A DNA stretch of 64,000 nt from Gemmatimonadota bacterium (GCA_963666735.1 OY762926.1:2688001-2752000), one strand, 5' to 3'. Numbered from the stretch's first letter, positions 18,712 through 29,322 are shown. Numbers and translations: made by a program. Notes: generated by a model from the letters alone, not told the origin.

Positions 18712-20583
18712 CCTAAAACAAGCGAGTAGGGCTGGCGAGGCGTCACTTGGATTTCGGGCGGCGGATTATGGGCGGAGGAGGCCGCCGGGAAGCCGTGTTT
18801 CCGTGGTTCCGAGGCGGGGATTCGGGGTTTGTCGCTCGGCGGAAGGAGGGTGCGGGGCCGGCGTTTTGCGCGGGGAGACACCGGTCCCCGGGGAGGCGGT
18901 TGACGCCTTCGGGCGAGCCGGGCCCGGCGGCGGGTGCTACGTGAAGCCGGTCCGCTCGATGGTGTTCCAGGTGCTGAACAGGCGGGTCCACCGAGGGCCG
19001 CCAGCCGATGATGCGCAGGGTCGTGCGGCGGGCGCGGCGGATGACTTGGCAGGGCACGAGGATCATCTCGCGGACGAAGCGCCTGAACTCCATGGCGGTG
19101 TATTTCCGGCGGTCGGCCTTCAGGTGCATCATCATCGCCAGGAAGCTCTTGAGGTTCCACGCCAAGGCCGCCATCACCATGTAGGCCCAGTTGCTCACCA
19201 GGTCGTAGACGGGCACGCGCAGCGCGTTCACCCCGTTCTTGAGCTGCGCGATCACGTTCTCCTGGCCGCACCGGGCGTTGGCCAGCCGGACGACCTCGGC
19301 CGCGCTCACGTCCCTCCGGGTGGTGATGTGGAAGAAGTGGCGGATCTCCTCGATGAGGGCGAGTTCGCCCCTCATCTCGCTGATGTTCTTGCGCACCACC
19401 ACCATCCGGTACGTCTTGCGGCACTTGACGGGCCGGTGGTCGAACTCGGCCACCTCCTCGAAGTTGAGCCGCTTGTTCACGTAACCGCGCTCGCGCACGA
19501 TCCGCCCCTTCACGTCCTCCCGCCCACTCCGCGTCTTCCCCGTCCGGGACACGTGGCGGGGCTTGCGCTCCAGAGGCTTCCAGTCGTCCTCCTCCAGCGC
19601 CTCGGCCCGCCGCACCAGCGCCGAATGGGCGTCGTAGCCGAAGATGAAGTCCGCCCGCTCGCTCCAGCGGTCGAAGTTGACGGTCAGCGAGAAGTCCGTG
19701 TCCCCGCGCACGCACACCCGCTCCGCGTACGGCGCCACCAGGTCGATGGCCCGGTCGATCCACTCCGCCGCGCCGGCGTGGCTCACCGCGTTGCCCGGCC
19801 GGTTCACCACGTAGAGCACCTCGGCCGTGTTGGCCAGCGACACGACCAGCGGGTGGTAGCCCCACACCTTCTTGTAGGACATGTCCATGCCCGCCTTCTT
19901 GCGGCCCAGCGTGGGCGCCAGCGTCCCGTCCACGTCGATATGGGCCACCGGCTCCAGCAGATCCCGGCCCCGGCCCCGCCACAGCTTGGGCCTGACCGCG
20001 TTGACGCACTCCATGAGCTCGACCACGTCCGACTCGGAGAAGCGCCGCGTGAAGTCGCCCGCCGCCGTCGGACTGGGGATCACGTCCGCGCCCAGGGCGT
20101 CCATGTACGCCGCGTCGTGGCGCAGGCCGTTCAGATCCTCCAGCCGCGCGCCCCCGCACAGCAGGTTGTAGGCGATGTTCAGCACGTGGTCCGACTCGTG
20201 GTACGGCAGGTGCCGCTTCAGAAGATCCAGTCGCCGGTCGATCTCCCGCGCCAGCGAAAGCTTCGACACCAGGCGCCGCACGGCGCCGATGCCCCCGAAG
20301 CTCATCGCGCTCGTCCGCGCCCCGATCTCGTAGCGGAGCCCGCCCGCCGAAAACACGGGCTTCGGCCGGGAGCCCCGCCGCCTCGCCCCCGCCCGCCGCG
20401 ACTCCACTCTCCGCTTCCGCCGGGCACTGTTCCTTCGGCTCTGCCTGTGCGATATTCCGTTCACCGGAAAGGCCTCCTGGTTGGGATCGGGCGTCCATCG
20501 TTCGAATCCGCTATCGACAATCAGGATAAGCCTTTCCGGTACCTTTTAACAAGGGTTCGCGCGTGGATCGCGCCTGTTTTAGG
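18712..20583 (-). mobile_element. IS1380-family insertion sequence
   Basis: Terminal inverted repeats CCTAAAACA(A/G)GCG at 18712 and 20583; flanking direct repeat ACTAGC at 18706-18711 and 20584-20589. Confidence 0.9.
18937..20464 (-). CDS. IS1380-family DDE transposase (apparent +1 frameshift at 18984-18986 near the C-terminus)
   Basis: HLPYHESDH, IDVDGT, GYHPL, RGDTDF, RCGQENVIAQLK; removing one C gives the ending VDRLFSTWNTIERTGFT-stop. Confidence 0.88.
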
Positions 20584-20584
20584 A

Positions 20585-21325
20585 CTAGCGTCTCCGCACG
20601 AGTCTCACGAGCGCCTTCACCGGGTCGTAGAAGCGGTCGACCACGCGCTCCTTGAGGGGGATGATCGCGTTGTCCGTGATCGTGATGTGCTCGGGGCACA
20701 CTTCCGTGCAGCACTTCGTGATGTTGCAGTAGCCGATTCCCGCCGCGTCCCGGAGGAACTCGCTGCGGTCCTCCACGTCGATCGGATTGAGGCTGTATCC
20801 GGCCGTCCTCACAAGGTAGGTGGGGCCGATGAACTCCTCGTGCTTGCTGTGCGACCGGAGGACGTGGCAGACGTCCTGGCAGAGGAAACACTCGATGCAC
20901 TTCCGCATCTCCTGCGCCCGGTCGACCTCGAACTGCTGCATGCGCCAGCCGTCGTCCGCATCGCGCGGGCGCGGTTTGAAACGCGGGATGGAGGCGTTGT
21001 TTCGGTACGCCTGAGAGACGTCGGTGACGAGGTCCTTGATGACGGGAAAGGCCTTCATCGGCGTGACCGTGATCGGTTCTTCGTCCTCGTAGTCCGAGAG
21101 CCGCGTCATGCAGGTCAGGCGGGGCCGGCCGTTGACCTCGCAACTGCAGGATCCGCACTTGCCGGCCTTGCAGTTCCAGCGCACCGCGAGATCCGGCGCG
21201 TGCTCCGCCTGGATGCGGTGGATCGCGTCGAGCACAACCATGCCCTGATCGATCTCGACCGTATAGGATTCGAGCTGACCGTCGTCGTCGGACCCGCGGT
21301 AAACCTGGAAAGTTCGTTCCGCCAC
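20585..21325 (-). CDS. sdhB: Succinate dehydrogenase/fumarate reductase iron-sulfur subunit
   Basis: NCKAGKCGSC, CIECFLCQDVC, CNITKCCTEVCP. Confidence 0.93.
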   Translation of the reverse strand: MAERTFQVYRGSDDDGQLESYTVEIDQGMVVLDAIHRIQAEHAPDLAVRWNCKAGKCGSCSCEVNGRPRLTCMTRLSDYEDEEPITVTPMKAFPVIKDLVTDVSQAYRNNASIPRFKPRPRDADDGWRMQQFEVDRAQEMRKCIECFLCQDVCHVLRSHSKHEEFIGPTYLVRTAGYSLNPIDVEDRSEFLRDAAGIGYCNITKCCTEVCPEHITITDNAIIPLKERVVDRFYDPVKALVRLVRRR

Positions 21326-21329
21326 CTCG

Positions 21330-23126
21330 CTACACCCCTTCCTCGATGAGCTGCGTCAGATCGGCCGGCGGTTCCGATACCGGTTCCGGTTCCGTCACCA
21401 TACGACCGTCTGACGCCTTGATGACGAGATTGACCCGCCCGAGCGAGGCGTCCGAGTCCGGATAATCGATCCGTGTGTGCGCGCCGCGGCTCTCCCGGCG
21501 TTCGAGCGCGGAAAGGACGACCGCCTCGGCCACGGTGAGCATGGCGTGGAGATCGACCCAGGTGTGCCAACCGGGGTTGAAGGCTCGTCCGCCGTGGAGC
21601 GAGCAAATGTCGAGCGCCCCGCGCAGTCGGCGTACATCCTCGAGGGCTTCGCGGAGTGCGCCCTCCGTGCGGGCGATTCCGACCTTGTCCTGCATGATCT
21701 GCTGCAGCTCCTCCTGCACGCCGAACGGATTGCGGCCGTCCTCGCGCGCGAACGGCGCCGTGGCGGCGTCGGCGGCGTCGGACAACTCCGAGGCCGGAAT
21801 GTCGGCAAGTTCCACTCCCTTCGCCTCTTCCGCCGCCGCCGCGCCCGCCCGCTGCCCGAACACGATGAGATCCGAGAGCGAATTCCCGCCCAGCCGGTTT
21901 CCGCCGTGCAGGCCCGCGGCGACTTCGCCCGCGGCGTACAGGCCGGGAACGCGTGTCGCGGCGGTCTCCGGGTGGACCTTCACGCCGCCCATCGCGTAGT
22001 GGGTCGTCGGCCCCACCTCCATGGCGTCGGTCGTGATGTCGACGCCCGCGAGTTCCCTGAACTGGTGATACATGCTCGGGAGCTTGGCCTTGATGTATTC
22101 GGGGCTCCGCTTCTCCGAGATATTCAGGAAAACGCCGCCGTGCGGACTCCCGCGCCCGGCCTCGACCTCCGCGACGATCGCCTTTGCCACGACATCCCGC
22201 GTGAGCAGTTCGGGCGGGCGGCGGTTGGCCACGCGGTCGCCTTCCACCCACCGGTCGGCCTCTTCCTCGCTCTCCGCGTAGTCCCCTTCGAACATCTCCG
22301 GGACGTACCGGAACATGAAGCGGTCGCCGTCCCGGTTCGTGAGCACGCCGCCCTCGCCGCGGACCCCCTCGGTCACGAGAGTGCCGCGCACGCTGGGCGG
22401 CCACACCATGCCCGTGGGGTGAAACTGGACGAACTCCATCCCCATGAGGTCGGCCCCCGCGTCGTACGCGAGCGCCACCCCGTCGCCGGTGCACTCCCAG
22501 GAGTTGGAGGTCACCTTCCAGGCCTTCCCCAGTCCCCCGGTGGCGAGAATGACGGTCCGGGCCCGGAAGAGCACGAACTCCCCCGTTGCACGCCAGTACG
22601 CGAGCGCGCCCGCCACGCGGCCATCCACCACGATCAGCCGGAAGACCGTGCACTCCATGAAGACGTCGGCGCCTTCGTGCACGGCGTGGTCCTGGAGCGT
22701 CCGGATCATTTCCAACCCGGTCCGGTCGCCGACATGCGCCAGCCGTCCGTAGGTGTGGCCTCCGAACGGGCGCTGATTCATGCGTCCGTCTTCCGCCCGG
22801 TCGAAAAGAGCGCCCCAGGCCTCGAGCTCTCGCACGCGGTCCGGCGCCTCCCTGGCGTGGGCCCGGGCCATGCGCCAATCGCACAAGCCCTTTCCGCCCC
22901 GCATCGTATCGCGGAAGTGTACCTGCCAGTTGTCTTCCGGGCGGTTGTTGCCGAGCGCGGCGGCCATGCCGCCCTCGGCCATGACCGTGTGCGCCTTGCC
23001 GAGCAGCGACTTGCCGACGAGTCCCACCGATGCGCCGGCCTCGATGGCCGCGATCGCGGCGCGAAGCCCCGCCCCCCCGGCTCCGATCACGAGGACGTCA
23101 TGCTCGTGGCGTTCTGAAATCTCCAT
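21330..23126 (-). CDS. sdhA: Succinate dehydrogenase/fumarate reductase flavoprotein subunit
   Basis: GAGGAG, AHTVMAEGG, QFHPTG, TEGVRGEG, HYAMGG, HGGNRLGGNSL, ESRGAH. Confidence 0.95.
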   Translation of the reverse strand: MEISERHEHDVLVIGAGGAGLRAAIAAIEAGASVGLVGKSLLGKAHTVMAEGGMAAALGNNRPEDNWQVHFRDTMRGGKGLCDWRMARAHAREAPDRVRELEAWGALFDRAEDGRMNQRPFGGHTYGRLAHVGDRTGLEMIRTLQDHAVHEGADVFMECTVFRLIVVDGRVAGALAYWRATGEFVLFRARTVILATGGLGKAWKVTSNSWECTGDGVALAYDAGADLMGMEFVQFHPTGMVWPPSVRGTLVTEGVRGEGGVLTNRDGDRFMFRYVPEMFEGDYAESEEEADRWVEGDRVANRRPPELLTRDVVAKAIVAEVEAGRGSPHGGVFLNISEKRSPEYIKAKLPSMYHQFRELAGVDITTDAMEVGPTTHYAMGGVKVHPETAATRVPGLYAAGEVAAGLHGGNRLGGNSLSDLIVFGQRAGAAAAEEAKGVELADIPASELSDAADAATAPFAREDGRNPFGVQEELQQIMQDKVGIARTEGALREALEDVRRLRGALDICSLHGGRAFNPGWHTWVDLHAMLTVAEAVVLSALERRESRGAHTRIDYPDSDASLGRVNLVIKASDGRMVTEPEPVSEPPADLTQLIEEGV

Positions 23127-23162
23127 GCAGAGTCCGCTGTGCCTCAGTTGTGCCTCAGTTAG

Positions 23163-23945
23163 TCAGAAGAGCCGGGGGTCCTCGAACACGCCCATGGCGA
23201 CCAGCCGGATGTACAGATCCGTAACGCAGACGAAGACGAGGCTCAACCAGGCCCAACCCATGTGACGCCTGTTGAACCAGCTCACGCCCTTCCACGCCTT
23301 GTATCGAGCCTTGCCGCCGAGCGTGCACGAGTAGCAGTCGACGTTGCCGCCGATCAGATGACGGAGCGAATGGCAGCCGAACCAGTAACCCGACAGCAGG
23401 ACAAGGTTTATGAGCAGGACGACCGACCCGAGCCCGATGCCGAAGCCGTCCTCGAAGAAGAAGCCGTGCACCGTGTCGTACGTCAGGAAGAGCCAGATGA
23501 TGATCGAGGCGTACAGGAAGTACCGGTGCAGGTTCTGGAGAACCCACGGCAGCCGGTTCTCGCCCGCATACCTGTCGCCGCGGAACTCGCCCACGGCGCA
23601 GGCCGGCGGGTCGAGGAAGTAGGCGCGGTAGTACGCCTTCCGGTAGTAGTAGCAGGTCCCCCGGAACCCGAGGATCACGCCCATCATCAGTATGGCCGGA
23701 GAGAACGGCCACCACTCGATGCCCAGCAGGCGGATCTGCTCCGGACAGCTGGCGGCGATGCACGGCGAGTAGAGGGGGGACAGGTACGGGTCGGCGAAAT
23801 AGTTGCCGCCCTGCAGGACCGACCAGGTGGCATAGCCTCCGAAGAGGCCGAGCCCCAGCGCTACGCTCAGGGGCGGTACCCACCAGCGATCCCTGCGGAG
23901 GGTCTTGCCGAACCCGCGCTCTCGAACCGCGACCGAGCTTTCCAT
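23163..23945 (-). CDS. Succinate dehydrogenase membrane anchor, Rv0249c/Sdh1 type
   Basis: YLSPLYSP, TCYYYRKAYYR, DPPACAV, QNLHRYF, GCHSLRH; upstream of sdhA. Confidence 0.85.
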   Translation of the reverse strand: MESSVAVRERGFGKTLRRDRWWVPPLSVALGLGLFGGYATWSVLQGGNYFADPYLSPLYSPCIAASCPEQIRLLGIEWWPFSPAILMMGVILGFRGTCYYYRKAYYRAYFLDPPACAVGEFRGDRYAGENRLPWVLQNLHRYFLYASIIIWLFLTYDTVHGFFFEDGFGIGLGSVVLLINLVLLSGYWFGCHSLRHLIGGNVDCYSCTLGGKARYKAWKGVSWFNRRHMGWAWLSLVFVCVTDLYIRLVAMGVFEDPRLF

Positions 23946-24023
23946 CGTCTATCGTCGACTCTTCGTGGGGTGGGGCGGGACCTTGGAGGACGCGGCCAGC
24001 CTACCGGGCCGTCAGGATGACTG

Positions 24024-25481
24024 TCAAGCGGAGTCGTCCGGGAAAGCTTCGAGGTATTCCTGGATCCGGTTGAGGAAAAACGCCGCCATGGCGCCGTCCA
24101 CCACGCGATGGTCGTAGGAAAGACCGAAGTAGGCCCGGTTGCGGATCGCGATCACGTCGTTGCCTAATTGGTCCTGAACGACGACCGGCCGCTTCTCGAT
24201 CACCCCGGTGCCGAGGATGGCCACCTGAGGCTGGTTGATGATCGGGGTCCCGAACAGGTTTCCGAAGACGCCCACGTTCGTGATGGTGAACGTCCCGCCC
24301 TGGATGTCGTCGAAATCCAGGGCCTTGCCGCGGGCCTTCTCGGCGAGCTCGTTGGAGCGCTGCGCGAGTCCCAGCAAGCTGAGCTGGTCCGCGTCCTTGA
24401 GCACGGGCACGATGAGTTCGCGGCCGTCGTTGATCGCCACCGCGATCCCGAGATTGATGTTGCCGTGATACACGATCCGCGATCCGTCGACGGACGAGTT
24501 GAGGATCGGGTATTCGCCCAGGGCCTCGATCACGGCGCGATAGATGAAGGGGCCGTAGGTGAGCTTCACGCCCTGATCGGCGAAGCGCGACTTGAGTGAA
24601 CGCCGGAGTTTGACGATCCGCTCGAAGTCCACCTCGGTCACCGACGTCACATGCGCGGAAACGCGCTTGGACATGAGCATGTGTTCCATCGTCCGCAGGC
24701 GGACTCTGCTCATCTCCTCGACCCGGTCGCGCTCCCGAATCGGCACGGAACCGAGCCGGACATCGAGCGTGGCCCCGTGGATCGGGATCCGAAGCGTGCC
24801 GGGGGTCGCCGGCGCGGGCGCCGACGTCTCGGGCAGCGCCGGCGCCGGCGCCTTCACATCGGGGGCCGGGGCCGGCGGCGGGACCACGGCGGGCGCCGCG
24901 GTGGCAACGGGCGCCGCCTCCGGCCCGCCGGCCGAGATGAACGCCAGAATGTCATCCCGGGTTACCCGGCCGGAGGTACCCGTCCCGGGCACCTGGTGGA
25001 TGTCGACCCCGTGCTCCGCGGCGATTTTCCGCACCAGCGGCGTCGATCGTGTCCGCAGCCGCTCATCCCGGCTGGCCGGTGGCGCCTCCGCCGGCGACTC
25101 CGGGGATACGGGCGTGGCGCCCGCTGGCCGTACGGCGGGGATTGCCGCCGCCGCGGTCGAGGTCACGGGGTCCGCGACCCTCGCCTCCGCCGGCGGGTCG
25201 GCCGCGGGCGCCGACGGTGCGGCGGATGTCGCGACCGCGGCGTCGGTCTCGATGCGGGCGACCACGGTGTTGATCTCCACCGTCTCCCCGCTCTGCACCA
25301 GAACCTCGGCCAGCACCCCTCCCGCCGGGGACGGAATGTCCGCGTCCACCTTGTCGGTGGATATCTCGAACAGATCCTCGTCCCGCTCGACCGCATCCCC
25401 GACCCTCTTGAGCCAGCGCGTCAACGTCCCCTCCGCGATGGACTCCCCCATCTGCGGCATGATGACATCCACTTTGGACAT
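24024..25481 (-). CDS. 2-oxoacid dehydrogenase E2 (dihydrolipoamide acyltransferase)
   Basis: Lipoyl domain EISTDKVD, E3-binding TPLVRKIA...GTGTSGRVT, catalytic SYDHRVVDG. Confidence 0.95.
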   Translation of the reverse strand: MSKVDVIMPQMGESIAEGTLTRWLKRVGDAVERDEDLFEISTDKVDADIPSPAGGVLAEVLVQSGETVEINTVVARIETDAAVATSAAPSAPAADPPAEARVADPVTSTAAAAIPAVRPAGATPVSPESPAEAPPASRDERLRTRSTPLVRKIAAEHGVDIHQVPGTGTSGRVTRDDILAFISAGGPEAAPVATAAPAVVPPPAPAPDVKAPAPALPETSAPAPATPGTLRIPIHGATLDVRLGSVPIRERDRVEEMSRVRLRTMEHMLMSKRVSAHVTSVTEVDFERIVKLRRSLKSRFADQGVKLTYGPFIYRAVIEALGEYPILNSSVDGSRIVYHGNINLGIAVAINDGRELIVPVLKDADQLSLLGLAQRSNELAEKARGKALDFDDIQGGTFTITNVGVFGNLFGTPIINQPQVAILGTGVIEKRPVVVQDQLGNDVIAIRNRAYFGLSYDHRVVDGAMAAFFLNRIQEYLEAFPDDSA

Positions 25482-25513
25482 GGTGTTCTTCCCCGGCGTA
25501 AAGCCGCGTGGTT

Positions 25514-26488
25514 TCAGTAACTCAATTGCAGGCGCGCCATCGAGACGACGTCCGCGACCTGGGGCAGATGAGCCTCCTCCAGCTCCGCCGCATAGGGCAC
25601 CGGCGTGTCGAGCGCGGCGACGCGCCGGATCGGAGCGTCGAGCCACTCGAACGCATGCTCGGAAACGAGCGCGGCCACCTCGCCGCCGAACCCGCCGAAC
25701 TGCGGCGCTTCGTGCAGGAGGAGAAGTCTCCCCGTCTTCTTCACGCTCTCGAGGATCGCCGCGCTATCAAGCGGTTGCAGCGTCCTCAAGTCGATGATCT
25801 CGATCTCTGCGCCATCCTCCGCGGCCAACTGCGCCGCAGCCTCCTGCGCCGTGTGGACCATGGCGCCATACGTGACCAGCGTCAGGTCCGTTCCTCCGCG
25901 GTGCGTTCGGGCCTTCCCCAGCGGAGTCAGGAACTCCTCGCCTTCCTCCAGCTCTTCACGGAGTCTTCGATACAGGTACTTGTGCTCGAAGAAGAGAACC
26001 GGATCAGGGTCCCGAATCGCGGCTTTGAGCAGTCCTTTCGCATCCCTCACGGTGGCCGGGGCCACCAGCTTGAGGCCCGGCACGTTGGCGAAGTACGACT
26101 CGACATTCTGGGAGTGAAACGGCCCTGCGCGTACACCCGCGCCGCAGGGTCCCCGAATCACCAGCCCGGCCCCCGCCCCCGTCCGGTACCGGACCTTGGC
26201 GGCGAAGTTGACGATCACGTTGAACGCCGGCGCGATGAAGTCGATGAACTGCATCTCGCACACCGGCTTGAGGCCCATCTGCGCGGCCCCGATCGCCGCG
26301 CCCACGATCGCTGCCTCGCTGATCGGCGTGTCGATGACGCGATCCTCACCGAATTCCGCGAGCAGGCCCTCCGTAATCTTGAAGGCGCCGCCGTAGGCGC
26401 CAATGTCCTCGCCCATGACAAAGACATCGTCGTCCGCCCGCATCTCCTCACGGATCGCCTGTCGGATCGCCTCAAGATAGGTAGCCAC
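25514..26488 (-). CDS. 2-oxoacid dehydrogenase E1 beta subunit
   Basis: GEDIG.YGGAF, DTPISE, EMQFIDF, GPFHSQ, FFEHK. Confidence 0.95.
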   Translation of the reverse strand: MATYLEAIRQAIREEMRADDDVFVMGEDIGAYGGAFKITEGLLAEFGEDRVIDTPISEAAIVGAAIGAAQMGLKPVCEMQFIDFIAPAFNVIVNFAAKVRYRTGAGAGLVIRGPCGAGVRAGPFHSQNVESYFANVPGLKLVAPATVRDAKGLLKAAIRDPDPVLFFEHKYLYRRLREELEEGEEFLTPLGKARTHRGGTDLTLVTYGAMVHTAQEAAAQLAAEDGAEIEIIDLRTLQPLDSAAILESVKKTGRLLLLHEAPQFGGFGGEVAALVSEHAFEWLDAPIRRVAALDTPVPYAAELEEAHLPQVADVVSMARLQLSY

Positions 26489-26544
26489 GGCGCAAAGAAT
26501 AACCGCGCGCCGTCCGCATCAGCAACGCCTCGCGTTGCGTCCCT

Positions 26545-27633
26545 TTACCCGTGAGTAAAGGGCACATCCGTCACACGCAGCGCAACTCCGGGATGGTCTA
26601 TCGGCTCGAGTACGGCGCCGAGGGCGATCTCCCGCCGAACGTAGCCCAGGCCGATGGGGCCGAATCGTGGAGAGTGAACCGCGGACGTGACGACCCCGAC
26701 GGGCCTGGCGCCATCGGAGGGCGCGTGAAGGTCGGCCCCCACGAGGTCGCCTGCCTGGCGGAGGGCGTCCGGGGCCCAGCGGAGCCCCCTCAGATGACGG
26801 TTCACATGGCCGCGGTAGTGGATGCGGGCGACGACCTCCTGCCCCGTGAAGCACCCCTTGGAGAAGCTGATCGCCCGGCCATCCTGGCCCGCTTCCTGCG
26901 CCAGCCGCTCCGCGCCCAGCTCGGACCCGAAGACCGGCAATCCTCGCTCCAGGCGCAGGATCTCCCAGTCTCCGCAACCGGCGGCGGCTCCCCCGGCCCG
27001 CGTAACGGCCTCGTCCAGCTGTCTCAAGAGCGGTCTGGCGTCGCGCGCGTCGCCAGCGTGACCGACATACAGGTCGAACCCGACTCCCTCGATTTCCTCC
27101 CGGCGAGCCGCGAGGGCTGCCTTGCCCCCGACATGTACGGTGGTCGCTTCGAGAGGGGCCAATTCGCCGGCGGGGCGCAGGAACGAGACTCCCGCAGCCG
27201 CTCGCCAGCGGTCGAGCGCCTCGGTCGCCCGGGGTCCGATGAGCGAATGCACGGCAACGTTCGTCATGCCGTGCTTTGCAAGCATCGGGGGCACGTACTT
27301 CCGAAGGTGATCTTCAAGGGCCGGCAAGGCATCGCCCGGGGTATCCAGCCACAGCGTCTCCGTTGCCGGTGCCGAGTCTCCGGCGCCGCGCTCGAAGCCC
27401 GGCGCGGGGAGAATCCGGAGATCGACGACGACGCGGCCGCGGCGATCCAGAAGGAAGGAATAGACGCCCCGGCCCGACGGGACATCCTTCACATCGTTCG
27501 AGGCGAGGCCGTTCACGACTTGCAGCGCCCCCGGACCCGATACCGCGACGACACCGCGCCGAGAGCTCGAGAACAGTCCCACGCGTTCGACCGCGGCACG
27601 ATACCCTTCCGACCCGGAGCCCCCCCGCATCAC
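26545..27633 (-). CDS. YgfZ/GcvT-like folate-binding protein
   Basis: KGCFTGQEVVAR signature. Confidence 0.88.
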   Translation of the reverse strand: MMRGGSGSEGYRAAVERVGLFSSSRRGVVAVSGPGALQVVNGLASNDVKDVPSGRGVYSFLLDRRGRVVVDLRILPAPGFERGAGDSAPATETLWLDTPGDALPALEDHLRKYVPPMLAKHGMTNVAVHSLIGPRATEALDRWRAAAGVSFLRPAGELAPLEATTVHVGGKAALAARREEIEGVGFDLYVGHAGDARDARPLLRQLDEAVTRAGGAAAGCGDWEILRLERGLPVFGSELGAERLAQEAGQDGRAISFSKGCFTGQEVVARIHYRGHVNRHLRGLRWAPDALRQAGDLVGADLHAPSDGARPVGVVTSAVHSPRFGPIGLGYVRREIALGAVLEPIDHPGVALRVTDVPFTHG

Positions 27634-27666
27634 GTCGACGCAGCCCGCCGGGTCAGGCGATGCGGC

Positions 27667-27697
27667 AAAAAAAGCTCCCGGGCCGAAACCCGGGAGC
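27667..27697 (-). terminator. Rho-independent terminator of the porin/OmpA pair
   Basis: Perfect 9-bp stem GCTCCCGGG/CCCGGGAGC followed by T7 on the minus strand. Confidence 0.85.
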
Positions 27698-27742
27698 CTG
27701 ACTCCGACCTGGCCATGAAGTGCAGCTCAGGACATCGCCGAT

Positions 27743-28381
27743 CTAGTTCGAGCCTGATCCGGCCCACTCGACCACGAACGTCGCACGTCGGTTCTCGATC
27801 CCGCTCTGGCGATCGTCGACCCCGGTGTCCTCGTTTATGAGGCGGGTTTCACCCATGGCCGCAATGCCGATGTTGTCGGCGTTCATTCCCGCGGTCTGCA
27901 CGAGATAGTCCCTCACGCTCTCGGCGCGCTCCCGAGCCAGGCTCAGGTTGTACGCCTCGGATCCGGCCCGGTCGGCAGAGCCTTCCACGGTGACTCGGGC
28001 TTGAGGGAAGGACCCCAGGATCGCCGCCGCGAACGCATCCAGAATCGGGCGGTCGACCGACCGCACCTCGGAACTGTTGAAGTCGAAATGCACCGGCAGG
28101 GAAACGGCGAGTCCCGCCCCGTGCATGTCGTCGTCGCTGACGTGTCCTCCGAACTCCTGCTGCAGACGATCAAGCTGACTCCGCAACTCCTCTATGTCGC
28201 CCTGAAGCGCCTCCACCGCAGCCGTATTCGCGGCGATGCGGGTCTCATGATCGGCAAGTTGCCCGTGCACGGGCTCCATGACGCGATCGAGTTCCCATTG
28301 GCGTACGAGCTGCATGCAGCCCGCAGACAGGAAGGCTAGAGTCACCACAACCATCGGGACCCACACCCTGTTCTGGCGCAT
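27743..28381 (-). CDS. OmpA/Pal-family lipoprotein with coiled coil
   Basis: Lipobox LSAGC, VHFDFNS, YNLSLARERAESV, NRRA. Confidence 0.9.
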   Translation of the reverse strand: MRQNRVWVPMVVVTLAFLSAGCMQLVRQWELDRVMEPVHGQLADHETRIAANTAAVEALQGDIEELRSQLDRLQQEFGGHVSDDDMHGAGLAVSLPVHFDFNSSEVRSVDRPILDAFAAAILGSFPQARVTVEGSADRAGSEAYNLSLARERAESVRDYLVQTAGMNADNIGIAAMGETRLINEDTGVDDRQSGIENRRATFVVEWAGSGSN

Positions 28382-28406
28382 CCTTACTACTCCTTCTTTT
28401 CTCGAC

Positions 28407-29078
28407 TCAAGGGAAGTTGACCCGGAGGCCAACGGAGAGCGGTATTTCCATTATGGAGCTGAACCCGGGCGAGTTGTTGAGTGCACCGTACACGGCCGTC
28501 GCCGACGCGTCGGCCATGACGTAGCGAAGGTCGGCCGACGCGAAGAGCGTGACCATCGGAACTCCGCTCTCGGCGTGTCGGGCGAGGTTGAACCCCGCCT
28601 TGATGCCGGCGTTGACGGAGGGATACGACCCGTTTACGAGACCCACCTTATGGCGTCCCGGACCCGGGTTGTTCAGCAGCAGAATCGGGTCCGAGTCGAG
28701 CGTCGAAGCACCCACGCCGAAATCGACCGCCACGGTGGCGCTCCCCATCGGATCCGTGAGGTGATATTCGATCCCGCCGGTCAGGTGCAGGATCTGAAAG
28801 TTCGGGTCGACCGCTCCCTTCGTGCCGAGCATGTCCAGCGCTCCCTCGGCCCGCAGCGCCAGCCGCGGACGCAGGAAGTAGGATGCCGCGCCCGAGAACG
28901 AGGGACCCGACTCGGCGGCATCGGCGATGTCGCCCATCGGCATGGCCAACCCGACTCCGCCCTCGAAAGACCAGAACATTGGAGAGTAGGGACTCTGGGC
29001 CTCGGCCCGGATCGGCAGAAAAGCGAACGCAGCCATCGCGCCAACCGCCAACACCAGCTTCTTGAACACATCCTTCAT
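28407..29078 (-). CDS. Outer-membrane beta-barrel protein
   Basis: Signal peptide ending AEA; about eight amphipathic strands; C-terminal VGLRVNFP. Confidence 0.7.
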   Translation of the reverse strand: MKDVFKKLVLAVGAMAAFAFLPIRAEAQSPYSPMFWSFEGGVGLAMPMGDIADAAESGPSFSGAASYFLRPRLALRAEGALDMLGTKGAVDPNFQILHLTGGIEYHLTDPMGSATVAVDFGVGASTLDSDPILLLNNPGPGRHKVGLVNGSYPSVNAGIKAGFNLARHAESGVPMVTLFASADLRYVMADASATAVYGALNNSPGFSSIMEIPLSVGLRVNFP

Positions 29079-29322
29079 ATCGACCTCCTGCGAGTTGTGA
29101 GGCCGCCGAGGAACGCGCGGGCTGTCTGATTCGCCACGCAAACCAAGCACGAACATCCAACTGCAACCAACGGCACCCGGCCTCCGATGTCGCTGGAAAA
29201 ATCAATCCAAGCTAAGCCCTATGTCGAATAACATGCAAGATATCCAACGCGTACTCCGGCGCGTGCCGAAGCCTCGTTCGGGGATGGCCGGCCAGGCTTC
29301 CGAACATGCGAAGATCCGCGGT

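Noticed and set aside
29213..29237. Fourth copy of the TAA-N19-TTA dyad
   Set aside because: Only one arm (TAAGCC) matches; the far end reads GCA.
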